Assembly (NCBI GenBank): GCA_017161705.1
Contig: JADFCW010000001.1
Span: 4,521-68,520 of the forward strand
Source: Candidatus Sumerlaeota bacterium
GTDB lineage: Bacteria; Sumerlaeota; Sumerlaeia; JADFCW01
DNA length: 64,000 nucleotides
Direction of reading: 5' to 3'
Shown piece by piece: positions 29,200-39,546 of the stretch. The notes beneath the pieces are model-generated. The model had not been told where the DNA came from. It made no database searches and saw only the letters and a list, made by a program, of their open reading frames with translations. The translations under genes and the position numbers were made by a program. Each line of letters starts with the position of its first letter. The stretch's first letter is position 1.

Positions 29200-30438
29200 T
29201 CAGAACGGCCGTTTCAACGGGGACAGAAGCCGTTCCAGATTTCTCTCCGCAGCAGGCAGAATTTCGCCCTCCAATGCTGCAGCGATCTTCGCTTGCACGG
29301 CTGCTCGTTCTTTCCAGAGCCTCACAATCTTCTCCGACAAAGCATTCGGCTCCAGCCGCGCGGCCTCCAGCACATAGTCGTCCAATCCAAAGCGGTGCAT
29401 GAGCGATCCGAGTTTGGGACTGTAAGACAAGCCGAGTGTTGGAACGCGACTGGCCAGAGCGCTGATTACGGCGTGCATGCGCATTCCTACGAACGCATCG
29501 CAACCGCTGATCACCGTTCGGAGTTCCTGCGGCTTCAGCGGCTCGCGAATTTGCAGACAACCGACCGACGCCGGCAGTTGCGCCGCCACGGCAACGGCCG
29601 CCCGCCGGTCATCATAGACGGCGCCTGGTCCAAAAACATGCGGCACAAGGAGCAATTGCGCACCCAGCTGATTCGCCGCCGCAGCGCATCCTTCCGCCAG
29701 GGTGCGCAAGACGGCTTCCGCATTGCCCGCTGCCGCAACATTGTGCAAATTTGAGGGCGTCACGCCGAGCAACGGCCTGGCGCAGTTGTATCCTGGGAGA
29801 GAGGCCAATATCTCCGCCGCGGTGCGTGTGGAGTCTGGTTCGAGAAGAAACGCAACATCGGCGGTCAGCTCAACCGGGCAGGGCAGACTCCACGCGCGAA
29901 GATAGCCAAGGGTCTCGGCATCGCGCACAGTAAGAAACGCCGCCCGACGGAAAATCCATCGCAGCCATGCGCGCAGCAGGCCGCCAAAAGGTCCAATGGT
30001 CTGTCCCAAAAGACAAAACGGCCGCTTCATCAGATTAGCAAGCAGCAACGGCACGGAGTGGGAGACCGGACACTTCCAGCCAAAGGTCGGCGTAAAACCG
30101 TCGCCGGCAAGGTCCACCACCCATTCCGCGTCGCGGTAGCTCGCCAGCTCCGCAGACAGCGGCCATCGGCCTGCGGTCAGCCGCCAAAGCACCACCCTGC
30201 CAATCGCCTTGAGCGCGTCGAGCGGCCGCCGCCGCGAGCAGCTCACCACCTCGAATCCCTCATAGAGCACCCGGTCTTCTTCGGCGTATGGGGCGTGAAT
30301 AGCAATGCGGGCGCCGGCAATGCGCTTGCGCAACGCCGCGGCCACAGCCAGTTGCATGCCGCTGTCGCCGCGGTTGAGAGCATGGAAGGTGCCGGTGAGG
30401 ACAAAGCGCGGGCCGGAATTTTGGGGCGACTCTCTCAT
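29200..30438 (-). CDS. Polysaccharide pyruvyl transferase (CsaB/WcaK family)
   Basis: PS_pyruv_trans pattern (N-terminal GTFHALNRGD, C-terminal ...CDAFVGMRMHAVISAL...). The start ATG shares one nucleotide with the upstream stop. Confidence 0.75.
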   Translation of the reverse strand: MRESPQNSGPRFVLTGTFHALNRGDSGMQLAVAAALRKRIAGARIAIHAPYAEEDRVLYEGFEVVSCSRRRPLDALKAIGRVVLWRLTAGRWPLSAELASYRDAEWVVDLAGDGFTPTFGWKCPVSHSVPLLLANLMKRPFCLLGQTIGPFGGLLRAWLRWIFRRAAFLTVRDAETLGYLRAWSLPCPVELTADVAFLLEPDSTRTAAEILASLPGYNCARPLLGVTPSNLHNVAAAGNAEAVLRTLAEGCAAAANQLGAQLLLVPHVFGPGAVYDDRRAAVAVAAQLPASVGCLQIREPLKPQELRTVISGCDAFVGMRMHAVISALASRVPTLGLSYSPKLGSLMHRFGLDDYVLEAARLEPNALSEKIVRLWKERAAVQAKIAAALEGEILPAAERNLERLLSPLKRPF

Positions 30439-31574
30439 CACATTGCCAGGGCGCGAAGCGTTTCGGCCAGACTCGACCATGAGTAGCGGTCGAGCTGCGC
30501 TGCCAGATTGGCCCGAAAGCGCTCGCTGAGGTTTTCATTGAAATAGCGTGCAATTGCCGCCGCCAGCGCTTCGGGCGATTCCGCTGGAACCAGCAGGCCT
30601 GTCTCGCCGTCCTGAACCAAATCCGGTATTCCGCCGACCCGCGTTGCCACAATCGGAAGGCCGAAACCCCGCGCCGTTTGAACCGCACCGCTGTGGCTGG
30701 CCTCGCGGTAGGGGGCAAGAAGAACATCGGCGGCTCGAAAGTAGGCCGCTACGTCCTCGTTGGGAATATACCGGTCGTGGAGCAGCACCTTTCCCGCAAG
30801 CCCCAAACGCTCGATCTGTTGCTGGTAGGGCGCGCGCGGCTCGTAGAACTCTCCGGCCACGACTAGATAGAGATCCCTCTGGTGGCGCAACCGGCCCAGG
30901 GCCTCGATGGCAAGGTCCACGCCCTTGTATCGGCGGACCAATCCGAACATCAGGCACACGCGCGCATTGCGCGCCAGACCGAGCCTCTCCCGCGCAGCCT
31001 CTCGCGTGATGGACGACCGGCTGAACACGTCGTAGGTCGGATGAGGAAAGCAGACAATGCGGGCGCGGGGATTTCGGGCGCGAATCCGCTCCGGGTCTCC
31101 GGATGCGTGAACCAGATGGACATGGGGAAGGCGGCAAAGAATGCGCCACGCCAGCCCGTCCACCAGTTTCCGATCATGGCTGCCGACGTTGTGGCAGAGC
31201 AGAACGGTTCGCCGCTGCTGAATCCAGCGCAGCCAAGCCAGTAGAAAAGTAGTCACCGGCAGAAACCAGGAATGCCACCACGCGATTACCACCAAATCGG
31301 GGTGGAAGCGCTTGACGGCCTGAAGCGCCGCAATCCACCGAAAGGGGTTCAGCGGCGTCAGGATTCGCTCGGACGAAAAGGTGACCGCCTCGCGGCTGAC
31401 ATCGAATTCGCTTTGGCCGGGAAAAAGAAAACGCGGATACAACCGCAGGAAAGAGACAACTTGAACGGCACAACCCGATTTTTCCAGCGCCTCCGCCAGA
31501 CATGCCGTGTAATGCGCAATCCCGCCCCGGTGGGGATAAACCGGACCGACAAGGGTTGCACGCGGGTTGGCCAT
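30438..31574 (-). CDS. Glycosyltransferase family 4 (GT-B, RfaB-like)
   Basis: N-terminal GGIAHYT; C-terminal EASHSGAVQTARGFGLPIVATRVGGIPDLV (GT1/4 E-x7-E-type motif). Confidence 0.8.
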   Translation of the reverse strand: MANPRATLVGPVYPHRGGIAHYTACLAEALEKSGCAVQVVSFLRLYPRFLFPGQSEFDVSREAVTFSSERILTPLNPFRWIAALQAVKRFHPDLVVIAWWHSWFLPVTTFLLAWLRWIQQRRTVLLCHNVGSHDRKLVDGLAWRILCRLPHVHLVHASGDPERIRARNPRARIVCFPHPTYDVFSRSSITREAARERLGLARNARVCLMFGLVRRYKGVDLAIEALGRLRHQRDLYLVVAGEFYEPRAPYQQQIERLGLAGKVLLHDRYIPNEDVAAYFRAADVLLAPYREASHSGAVQTARGFGLPIVATRVGGIPDLVQDGETGLLVPAESPEALAAAIARYFNENLSERFRANLAAQLDRYSWSSLAETLRALAM

Positions 31575-31590
31575 GGAGAAGATCGCGCGC

Positions 31591-31926
31591 CTACCAGGCG
31601 AGGTATTCGATTACCGCGGCGCGCTCCTGATCGTTCAACTTCGCCCCATGTTTGATCATTCGATCCACCAGCGGCGCGGCACGATTAGGAAGAAATCGAA
31701 CGACGGCGATCCGAAATGTTCCGTGACACTGCACGCAACGTTCCTTGATCAAGGCTTTTGCGTCCAGGGCTTGTTCCGCTTTGGCCGTTTTTTCGGCACC
31801 TGAGGCGGACGCCGTCTTCGCACGCGCACACGCGGCTGAGTAAAGCACGGCAGCGCCGAAAACGAAGACGACCAGCAAAAGAAGCCTCGCGATTTGGTAT
31901 TGCTGCGTGGAGCGGTTCTTTTTCAT
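31591..31926 (-). CDS. Small membrane-anchored mono-haem c-type cytochrome-like protein
   Basis: One N-terminal TM. Single CVQCH haem-binding motif with a downstream Met (DRMIKHG) as candidate distal ligand. 111 aa. Confidence 0.5.
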   Translation of the reverse strand: MKKNRSTQQYQIARLLLLVVFVFGAAVLYSAACARAKTASASGAEKTAKAEQALDAKALIKERCVQCHGTFRIAVVRFLPNRAAPLVDRMIKHGAKLNDQERAAVIEYLAW

Positions 31927-31984
31927 GGATGTTCCCTCTCCAGAATGTTTGATTTCCCCAATGGAATGACGCAAACGCCGACGG

Positions 31985-32443
31985 TTAGTTGCCGCTTTGC
32001 TCGGGAGCTGCGTCGGCTGCAGTTGGGGCCGTTTCCGCCGGCGACTCCGCCGCGCCTTCCGGTGAAGCCGCGGACTCGCTCTTGCCATAGGCCGCTTCGC
32101 GGTCCTCGGTAATGCGCGCTTTCTTACCGCGCAACTCGCGGAGATAGTAGAGCCGCGCGCGGCGCACCTTGCCCCGCCGGACAATCGTTATCTTCTCGAT
32201 GACGGGCGAGTGGAGCGGAAATGTGCGTTCCATGCCCACGCCATAGGAGACCCGCCGCACGGTGAACGTCTGGCTCAGACCGCTGCCGCGCTTCCGGATG
32301 CACGTTCCCTCGAAGTCCTGAATTCGTTCTTTGTCGCCTTCGACAATTCTCACCGATACCCGCACGGTGTCGCCCGGGCGGAAATCCGGCAGATCGCGCC
32401 GTAAATGTTTCACCTCATACTCTCGCACCGCTTTGGTTCCCAC
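31985..32443 (-). CDS. rplS: 50S ribosomal protein L19 (bL19) with Ala/Glu/Pro-rich C-terminal tail
   Basis: The conserved bL19 core ([20 protein letters not shown]...[19 protein letters not shown]) is recognisable. Confidence 0.9.
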   Translation of the reverse strand: MGTKAVREYEVKHLRRDLPDFRPGDTVRVSVRIVEGDKERIQDFEGTCIRKRGSGLSQTFTVRRVSYGVGMERTFPLHSPVIEKITIVRRGKVRRARLYYLRELRGKKARITEDREAAYGKSESAASPEGAAESPAETAPTAADAAPEQSGN

Positions 32444-32502
32444 TGCTCTCCTCCATTGTTTCCCCTCGAATGGGTTCTATTGAAACATCGGAATTTTGCG
32501 CG

Positions 32503-33069
32503 CTATAGACTCGTGCGCCCTCGCAAACGATCCAAAATCACTGCCACTGCCGCACGAACAGACAGATGGTTATAATCGCTCGGACCTTTGACGGGTTCAA
32601 GCACGAAATCCATCTGCGAAAACAAATCCGCGTGCAACCCCCAACCGGTTCCGAACACCAGACAATAGCCGGTCGCTTCGTCCTCGTCGAGTATCGTGCG
32701 AAACGCTGCGTAACTGATCGCCTCCGGCCGCTGTTTGGCCGTTGTGGCGACAAAGCGCGGTTCGCGGCCGGTTTCCTGGCGCAACGTCTCGCGCACCGCC
32801 TCCAAATCGTTGACCAGCCGCGCCAGTTCGAGTGCCTCTTTCCGCGTCGGATTGTACACCGCACCGACGCCTTTCGACCAGTGCGCAATAATCCGCCGCG
32901 CAAACCATTGCTGGCTGGGAACCGGTGTGACGAAGAAGACCCCAGCGGCCCCGAATGTCTTCGCCGACCGCGCCAGATCATGAATATCCAGATTGGTGAT
33001 CGAAGTCGAGACCACCTCGCCGTTCTTGTTGCTGACCGGATAATGAACTAAAGCCAAGTAAAGCGCCAT
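32503..33069 (-). CDS. Conserved hypothetical, SPOUT-class RNA methyltransferase-like (TrmL/TrmH-like fold)
   Basis: Pattern resembles SPOUT MTases: N-terminal LALVHYP...N.G..V and C-terminal CLVFGTGWGL...NHLSVRAAVAVILDRL. Family assignment is uncertain. Confidence 0.4.
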   Translation of the reverse strand: MALYLALVHYPVSNKNGEVVSTSITNLDIHDLARSAKTFGAAGVFFVTPVPSQQWFARRIIAHWSKGVGAVYNPTRKEALELARLVNDLEAVRETLRQETGREPRFVATTAKQRPEAISYAAFRTILDEDEATGYCLVFGTGWGLHADLFSQMDFVLEPVKGPSDYNHLSVRAAVAVILDRLRGRTSL

Positions 33070-33086
33070 GAGGGTCGGGCAGACAG

Positions 33087-33851
33087 TCAGCCTGCCGCTT
33101 TTTCCTTCCGGATTTCATCCAGCAGCAGACGGTCCTCCGGCGTAAGTGCCGCGCGCTCGAGCAAATCCGGCCGCCGCTCGGCCGTCCGCTTCAGGGCCAT
33201 CTTCCGCCGCCAACGCTGAATCTGCGCATGATGGCCCGAAAGCAGGACCGCCGGAACCCGCACGCCCCGAAATTCCTCCGGCCGGGTATATACCGGATAG
33301 TCGAGTATGTGATCCATAAACGACTCTTGACGGGCCGAATCGGGGTTGCCCAGCACGCCGGGAAGGAGGCGCACCACGGCGTCCGTCACGACCATCGCGG
33401 GCAGCTCGCCGCCCGTCAGAACATAGTCGCCGATCGAGACCTCTTCGTCAATCGCCAGATCCCTTACCCGCTCGTCTATTCCTTCATAATGCCCGCAGAT
33501 TAGAATCAGGTGGTCCAGCTGCGCAAACCGCCGCGCGACTGCCTGGTTGAACAGTTCCCCTGCGGGCGTAAGATAGACCACCTTTGACCGGCTGTTGCCG
33601 GCCCCTCCTTCCCGGCGAACCGTCTCGATGGCCTCGACCAACGGCTCCGGCTTCATGACCATTCCCGCGCCGCCGCCGTACGGCGTATCATCGGCGACGC
33701 GATGGCGGTCATGTGTCCAGTCGCGGATGTTGCGGATCCGGATGTCCACCTGGCCTGCGGCGCGCGCCCGCCCGATCATGCTCGACGAGAGCGGCCCCGG
33801 CCCCTCGAACATTTCCGGAAAGAGTGTGAGAATGTCTATGCGAAGCGCCAT
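33087..33851 (-). CDS. trmD: tRNA (guanine37-N1)-methyltransferase
   Basis: [18 protein letters not shown] start, [12 protein letters not shown], and the SPOUT knot motif [10 protein letters not shown]. Confidence 0.9.
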   Translation of the reverse strand: MALRIDILTLFPEMFEGPGPLSSSMIGRARAAGQVDIRIRNIRDWTHDRHRVADDTPYGGGAGMVMKPEPLVEAIETVRREGGAGNSRSKVVYLTPAGELFNQAVARRFAQLDHLILICGHYEGIDERVRDLAIDEEVSIGDYVLTGGELPAMVVTDAVVRLLPGVLGNPDSARQESFMDHILDYPVYTRPEEFRGVRVPAVLLSGHHAQIQRWRRKMALKRTAERRPDLLERAALTPEDRLLLDEIRKEKAAG

Positions 33852-33886
33852 GGTTTTGCCGAAAGAAAATTCGCCCGCCGCCCTTC

Positions 33887-34447
33887 TTAGGGGTTCAAAG
33901 TAGTCAGCCCTTCCGGTAGATCAACGCGGATTGTGCGGGAAGATAATTCCACTCTGCAAATCATCGCTCGGACGAGCGGAATCAGAAATCGTTTGCCGGT
34001 CGGCCTTTTCACCTCGAGCAAATCGGCGGCCGCCTGAGGTTGAACGCCGACGACTTCTCCCAGCACTTCGCCCGTCTTGTCATCCACCACCGCCAGGCCA
34101 ACCAACTGGTCCTGGTAATACTCATCGGCGCCAAGAGCCGGCCGCTCCTCTTGGAGAAGACCGACTTCCCAGCCCACCCGCTCTTCCGCCTCGTTGCGCG
34201 ACTGACAGGCGGCAAACTCGGCGATCCATACGCTGCGGTGCCAGCGCGAAGAATCCAGAACGGTTTCTTCCGCCAGCGTTCCTGGTTTTGGCGGCCGCAG
34301 CCACACCCGCTTGCCTACCAGCGCTTCGGCAATATCTGGAGTGATCCCATAGGGCGCAATCCGTACGGCTCCCCGAAGTCCCTGGGCACGGACTATTCGC
34401 CCCAGCGATACCCAGTCGTTTTCGTCTGGACGTTCGAGCATGGACAT
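33887..34447 (-). CDS. rimM: 16S rRNA processing protein RimM
   Basis: N-terminal [15 protein letters not shown] and a PRC barrel C-domain. Position between KH/rpsP and trmD. Confidence 0.8.
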   Translation of the reverse strand: MSMLERPDENDWVSLGRIVRAQGLRGAVRIAPYGITPDIAEALVGKRVWLRPPKPGTLAEETVLDSSRWHRSVWIAEFAACQSRNEAEERVGWEVGLLQEERPALGADEYYQDQLVGLAVVDDKTGEVLGEVVGVQPQAAADLLEVKRPTGKRFLIPLVRAMICRVELSSRTIRVDLPEGLTTLNP

Positions 34448-34556
34448 ACCCTCCGCGCGCAACGGTTCGAGAGACAGGTTCTTGAATACACAAACGCTGA
34501 GCCTCTTTCCGTGCCGCAGAAAAGGCGTGCCCGATCTGGTCGGTTCAGAAAGCGCC

Positions 34557-34796
34557 TTACTCGACGATTTGCAGGAGCGATTTCTTTTTCAGCTTTGTGG
34601 CGGCCGCACTGAGGATTTTGCGCATGGCTTTGGCCGTCTGGCCCCCCTTCCCGATGACCTTGCCGACGTCATCCGGTGCAACTTTCAGCTCGAGGATCAC
34701 GCTGTTTTCGCCCTCGACTACGTTGACGCTGACCTGTTCGGGATGGTCCACCAGAGCTTCGGCCATGAACTGCACGAGGTTCTTCATCTCGCTCAC
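34557..34796 (-). CDS. KH-domain RNA-binding protein (UPF0109/YlqC-like)
   Basis: VGKVIGKGGQTAKAMRKI KH motif. Canonical position between rpsP and rimM. Confidence 0.8.
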   Translation of the reverse strand: MSEMKNLVQFMAEALVDHPEQVSVNVVEGENSVILELKVAPDDVGKVIGKGGQTAKAMRKILSAAATKLKKKSLLQIVE

Positions 34797-34966
34797 GACA
34801 GCTTCCTCCTTCGCAGAGCTATGCCTTATTCGGCTTCAGACGCCCACTGCGAACGAACGATCTATGGCTCTGCCCCCTCAGCTTATCCCCTTGTCCGAGG
34901 CCCCCTCCTCGGCGGCCCGGACTGCGCATCTCAAGCGGTCGGCTGGGTTGCTGGGGCTTGCGCGGC

Positions 34967-35257
34967 CTACTTGGCCGCCAGCCGACGCGCCTGATTCATC
35001 TCGTGGAACTTGCGCATGATACCGAGCTTTCGAAAAATGGAACGAACCGTATCCGAGGGCAACGCACCGTCCTTCAACCACTTCAGCGCGCGTTCCTCGT
35101 TGACATAGATCTGCTTGTCTTCTTTCTGCAGCGGCTGATAGCGGCCGAGGATTTCGATGAATCGCCCGTCGCGGGCTCGACGCGAATCCGCAACAACGAT
35201 CCGGAAATAGGCGGCTTTCCGCCGCCCCACCCGGGCCATTCGTATCTTGACCGACAT
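34967..35257 (-). CDS. rpsP: 30S ribosomal protein S16 (bS16)
   Basis: MSVKIRMARVGRRKAAYFRIVVADSRRARDGRFIE matches bS16. Confidence 0.9.
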   Translation of the reverse strand: MSVKIRMARVGRRKAAYFRIVVADSRRARDGRFIEILGRYQPLQKEDKQIYVNEERALKWLKDGALPSDTVRSIFRKLGIMRKFHEMNQARRLAAK

Positions 35258-35416
35258 CCCTGTTTCACCCCCTTTCCGGCCGGCAACTGGGCGTCAGGCA
35301 CCCGCTGCGGATACTAACAGCAAACCCTACAACGCTCTTTGCCTGCACGCAACGAAATTCCATCGCCGGTTTCTGGTTTTTCCACGATAAATCTTCTTTG
35401 CTTTACCCAACACTTG

Positions 35417-36793
35417 CTATCTGCGCTTCTTCTTCTTTCGCTTGCCGGAGCCGTGTCCCATCCCGTGCCCCATGGCCGGGTGCCGCGCCGCACCGCCGAA
35501 GCCCCCCGCCCCCATGAACTTCTTGAGCATTTTTTTGGTTTCCTCGAACTGCTTGATGAGGGCGTTGACGTCGGCAACGGTGGTTCCGCTGCCGGCGGCC
35601 ACACGCCGCTTGCGGCTGGCGTCCATGATTTGCGGCATTTCGCGCTCCATCGGGGTCATCGAACAAATGATAGCCTCGATATGCGCCAGTTCTTTTTCGT
35701 CCACGGCTTCGGCGGGAATCTGGCTGCCCAGTCCGGGAATATACTTCAGCAAATCCGCAAAAGAGCCCATCTTCTTGACCTGGCGCAGCTGATTGAGAAA
35801 ATCCCCAAGCGTGAACGATGCCTTCCGCATCTTCCGCTGCATTTCGAGCGCTTGCTCGGCGTCGAAGGCTTCCTGCGCTTTCTCCACCAGCGTCAACACG
35901 TCGCCCATGCCGAGAATGCGCTGCGCCATCCGGTCGGGGTGAAACAGCTCGAGGTCGTCGGCCTTTTCGCCAATGCCGACAAATACAATCGGCCTGCCCG
36001 TGACCTGACTGACCGACAGAGCGGCTCCGCCGCGCGCATCGCCGTCGAGCTTGGTCAGGCAGACCCCGTCAATGCCGACGGCTTCGTGGAATCGCGCGGC
36101 AGACTGGACGGCATCCTGGCCGGTCATGGCGTCGGCGACAAGGAAACAGTAAGACGGTTGGATGGCTTGCTTTATTTCCGTCAGCTCATCCATCTTGACT
36201 TCGTCAATATGCAAGCGCCCGGCGGTATCAAAAATGACAAGGTTAAGCGCTTGTCGTTCGGCTTCTTCGAGCCCTTTCAAGGCAATCGCGCGAGCGTCCG
36301 TCGAACCGGGAACGGAAAAAACGGGAACGCCAATCTGCTTGCCGACCACTTCGAGCTGGCGGACTGCGGCTGCACGGTGGACATCGCAAGCGACCAGCAT
36401 GGGTTTGAAGCCCTGCTTGAGCATGCGGCGCGCTAACTTGCCGGCAAATGTGGTCTTGCCGGATCCCTGCAATCCCAGGAGGAGAACTTTATTCAATCTG
36501 TTCGGGTCAAACTGGGGCGGCCTGGCCTCTCCACCCATCGCCTTGACCAATTCATCAAAAACGATTTTGATGAATTGCTGGCCGGGCGTAATGCTGCGAA
36601 GCACCTCCTGCCCGACGGCCCGCTCGGTGACCTGCTGGGTGAAGGATTTTACGACTTTGAAGTTGACATCGGCTTCGAGAAGCGCCAGGCGGACATCCTT
36701 GACAGCCTCGCGGACGTTTGCCTCGTTGATTGTCCCTAGGCCCCGGATTTTCCGAATTACGCCTTCGAGCCGTTTGCCGAGATTTTCAAACAT
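35417..36793 (-). CDS. ffh: Signal recognition particle protein Ffh
   Basis: N domain, SRP54 G domain (GLQGSGKTT, DTAGR, TKLDG), M domain and a Met-rich basic C-terminus. Confidence 0.95.
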   Translation of the reverse strand: MFENLGKRLEGVIRKIRGLGTINEANVREAVKDVRLALLEADVNFKVVKSFTQQVTERAVGQEVLRSITPGQQFIKIVFDELVKAMGGEARPPQFDPNRLNKVLLLGLQGSGKTTFAGKLARRMLKQGFKPMLVACDVHRAAAVRQLEVVGKQIGVPVFSVPGSTDARAIALKGLEEAERQALNLVIFDTAGRLHIDEVKMDELTEIKQAIQPSYCFLVADAMTGQDAVQSAARFHEAVGIDGVCLTKLDGDARGGAALSVSQVTGRPIVFVGIGEKADDLELFHPDRMAQRILGMGDVLTLVEKAQEAFDAEQALEMQRKMRKASFTLGDFLNQLRQVKKMGSFADLLKYIPGLGSQIPAEAVDEKELAHIEAIICSMTPMEREMPQIMDASRKRRVAAGSGTTVADVNALIKQFEETKKMLKKFMGAGGFGGAARHPAMGHGMGHGSGKRKKKKRR

Positions 36794-36865
36794 GAATCAC
36801 CCAGCCGGTGTGTAAATTCCAAACAGGTTAAACTGAAAGCAAAAAACCACTATCCGCAAGCGCTG

Positions 36866-37291
36866 CTATTCCTGTGTTTCCAAAAGGCGCAAGACCTCGT
36901 CTATCGCTCGAACAAGAGAGCCGGTATCGTAGATAACACCCTGGGAGGCCAGCTGTTTGCGCACCTGGCGAAGTTGCGCGAGGGCGGGCTCGAGAGCGAT
37001 TGGCTGCCGGGCGGGGACGGCTTGTGCGCGACCCGCCGACTTCCCCAAAAGGCCCAATCCCGACTCGTAGCGTTCCATCGCTGCTTCGGCTTGTTTGACG
37101 GCGTCGTGGACCGCCTGGCGACTGATCTTGAACTCAGAGGCAATTTCGCCAAACGAGAGGTCTTCCTCATGATGCAGCCGCACAAACTCTCTCTGCCGCT
37201 CGGTAAGAAGAGTGCCGTAGACCTGAAGGAGTTGTGCAATTCTAACCCTGCGGGCCAGTTTTGCTTCGTCTTTTTTGTCCTGCATTTCCAC
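36866..37291 (-). CDS. ylxM: YlxM/UPF0122 putative DNA-binding protein upstream of ffh
   Basis: Sigma-70 region-4-like HTH (LSFGEIASEFKISRQAVHDAVKQA). Canonical ylxM-ffh pairing. Confidence 0.7.
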   Translation of the reverse strand: MEMQDKKDEAKLARRVRIAQLLQVYGTLLTERQREFVRLHHEEDLSFGEIASEFKISRQAVHDAVKQAEAAMERYESGLGLLGKSAGRAQAVPARQPIALEPALAQLRQVRKQLASQGVIYDTGSLVRAIDEVLRLLETQE

Positions 37292-37416
37292 AACTATTAC
37301 CCGAAAAAAGCGTCAAACAAAGTCCCTTCACACGAAATGACGTAATTCCCTTCTGTTATTACAAAGGGCGTGTCAAGCATATTTGCATGAAAGGGAAAGG
37401 ATTTTTTTGGAGGGAT

Positions 37417-37457
37417 TAGACGGGATAGATAAAGTGGACGGGGTGGATGCGATGGAC
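37417..37457. repeat. 9-bp-periodic pentamer repeat array B (5 units)
   Basis: TAGACgggaTAGATaaagTGGACggggTGGATgcgaTGGACgaaaac, with strict 9-bp spacing. Confidence 0.55.
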
Positions 37458-37533
37458 GAAAACAAAAGACCGAAGTGCAGCCTTTCGCTGCACTTCGGTC
37501 TTGACCCGGATAGCGAGTGCTATGCGCTTCCGC

Positions 37534-39300
37534 CTACGGGGCGACCGGCTGCGGTACCTGCATCGGCTGCATCACGACATCGCGAATCTTGACGATCGGG
37601 TCCGTCGGCACAAACAGCGTGGCCTGCAGTTTCCCCTGCGAGGAGCCGGCAAAAAAGGTGATCGGTTCGGTTTCGAGGGTTTTCAATTTGGTGGCAATCT
37701 GCGCGAACTGCGGGCCGGCGCCTTGACCCGGAGGCGCAAACGCCTGGACAAGCTGCATCCCCCACGCACCAAGCCGGGCTGGGAACAGGTCCACATAGAG
37801 CATGCCGCCGGCCTGCGCCTGGCTGTGAAGAGGCGTGGAAACGGCTGGCTTCTTCGCCTTCAAAGCATCAATGAGCGAGTCCATGCGTTTGGCATTCAGG
37901 TCGTGAATGACAAAGTTGTCTACAGCGGCGATTTCCTGTTCCTGAAAGGTGAACATCTTCATCATGGCGGCGCCGGGTCCCGGCATGGCTTCCATGCCTG
38001 CCATGTTGACGCTCGTGGTCATTTTGTGGATGGGTGTGCCCTTATACTCGCGAACCTTGTCCTGGAACGTGATGGACATGTCCACGCCCATGCTTTTGTA
38101 AAGGGCGGTTAGGCCGAGGTCATCCATGGTTTTTTTGACGGTGCGCAGTTCTTTCAGATAGTCGCCGGCATTGGTTGTCTCATAGATGACCGCGCCGTTG
38201 AGGAGATTGTCGGCGCCTGGGGTGAGGAAATCAAGGGCTGCGGATTTTTTCATCGCCGTTGTGCGGCGGACAAATTGAGCCAGCTGGTCGGTCTTCAGCT
38301 GCGCGCTGGCGGTGGTCTTCGGCGCGGCAGCCATGACTTCATTGACTTTCGCCGCAATGAAATCAGCCCATGCCGCGCTGTCAAAACCGGCAAAGCCGAC
38401 GACCGACCCCGTGCGGGGCAGATAATTCAGCAGTGACGGATCGGAGGCGGCTGGGGAATCGAGCACCTTGGCCAGAGCCGTGTTGGGTTTCGCGCGGAGA
38501 ATCATGCCAAGCTCCGCGCCTTCTTTTTTGAGGGAAAGGTCCACACCGAGGTCTTTCATTTCTTTGATAATCCCGAGAGCGGTCTGCAGCTGCAGGCTCA
38601 ACAGTGCGGTTCCGGCGCCTGGCTGGCCCATCATTTTCTGCATTTGCTCCATGTTGCGCATCATTTCGGCCAACCCGCTCTCGATGGTCTTTTCATAACG
38701 CGCCATCAGGAGTTCGACGTTGACATAGACACTGACGTCGGAGGGAACAGGCTGGGCAAGGATGGCTTCGAGTTTGTCGAAATTGGCACGCCCCGCCGTC
38801 ATCCCCTTCTCGTTGTTGACATCGGCAACCAGGAGCGTCTTGCCTCCTTCTTTTTGATAAACGAGGCTGCCGCGCGCTTCGAGCGTGGTTTTCAGCTGGG
38901 CGGAGGCCACCGGCAACAGGGCAACGGTCGGCATTTCGCCGCCCCCTTCAGGCGCAAAAACGCAGATCATGGCCGCGCGCGTCTGGTCCACTCCCGCCAG
39001 AGTCGGGTCGCCCAGCGCGTTGCCGAGCTGCATCTTCAGCATTTCGACCCCCATGCCGGGAAGAATCGGGGCGATCATTGCATCAAGGCGCGGAAACAAC
39101 TGATCCAGCCGGTTGATCCGCACCGTGAGGGCGACGTCGGGCACGCCAGCGATAGACTGCGGGTCGCGGATCGAAAGCGCCATCGGGGCTGCGGAAACCT
39201 TAGCGGGCTGCGCGGCGCCGATTGCCGCCGCGACCACGCCTGCCGCCGCTGCCGCCAGAATCCATGCTGCGAACCGTGTTGTTCTTAGTAAACTGTACAT
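37534..39300 (-). CDS. Secreted hypothetical protein (~590 aa)
   Basis: Signal peptide (AAWILAAAAAGVVAAAIGA). Met/Gln-rich protein with no recognisable domain. Confidence 0.5.
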   Translation of the reverse strand: MYSLLRTTRFAAWILAAAAAGVVAAAIGAAQPAKVSAAPMALSIRDPQSIAGVPDVALTVRINRLDQLFPRLDAMIAPILPGMGVEMLKMQLGNALGDPTLAGVDQTRAAMICVFAPEGGGEMPTVALLPVASAQLKTTLEARGSLVYQKEGGKTLLVADVNNEKGMTAGRANFDKLEAILAQPVPSDVSVYVNVELLMARYEKTIESGLAEMMRNMEQMQKMMGQPGAGTALLSLQLQTALGIIKEMKDLGVDLSLKKEGAELGMILRAKPNTALAKVLDSPAASDPSLLNYLPRTGSVVGFAGFDSAAWADFIAAKVNEVMAAAPKTTASAQLKTDQLAQFVRRTTAMKKSAALDFLTPGADNLLNGAVIYETTNAGDYLKELRTVKKTMDDLGLTALYKSMGVDMSITFQDKVREYKGTPIHKMTTSVNMAGMEAMPGPGAAMMKMFTFQEQEIAAVDNFVIHDLNAKRMDSLIDALKAKKPAVSTPLHSQAQAGGMLYVDLFPARLGAWGMQLVQAFAPPGQGAGPQFAQIATKLKTLETEPITFFAGSSQGKLQATLFVPTDPIVKIRDVVMQPMQVPQPVAP

Positions 39301-39546
39301 ACCTTGCCTCCTTCTGATGCTTCGCTTCATCTGAGCTGGGGACTCGCACGCAGGGCGTGGAAGCGCATTCCCCCTTTGTCTGATCGAGTCAGCCGTTGGA
39401 GCACGCGACCGGTTCTACCCTTCTATGCGGCAGAGATTATCGCAGGCGAACTGGTTGAGCGGAAGGCCGCAAAAGACCTCTCACAGACAACAGAACCGTA
39501 GTCGAACGATAAAGAGGCGGTCAACTCTTTTTCTGATTTTTATTTG

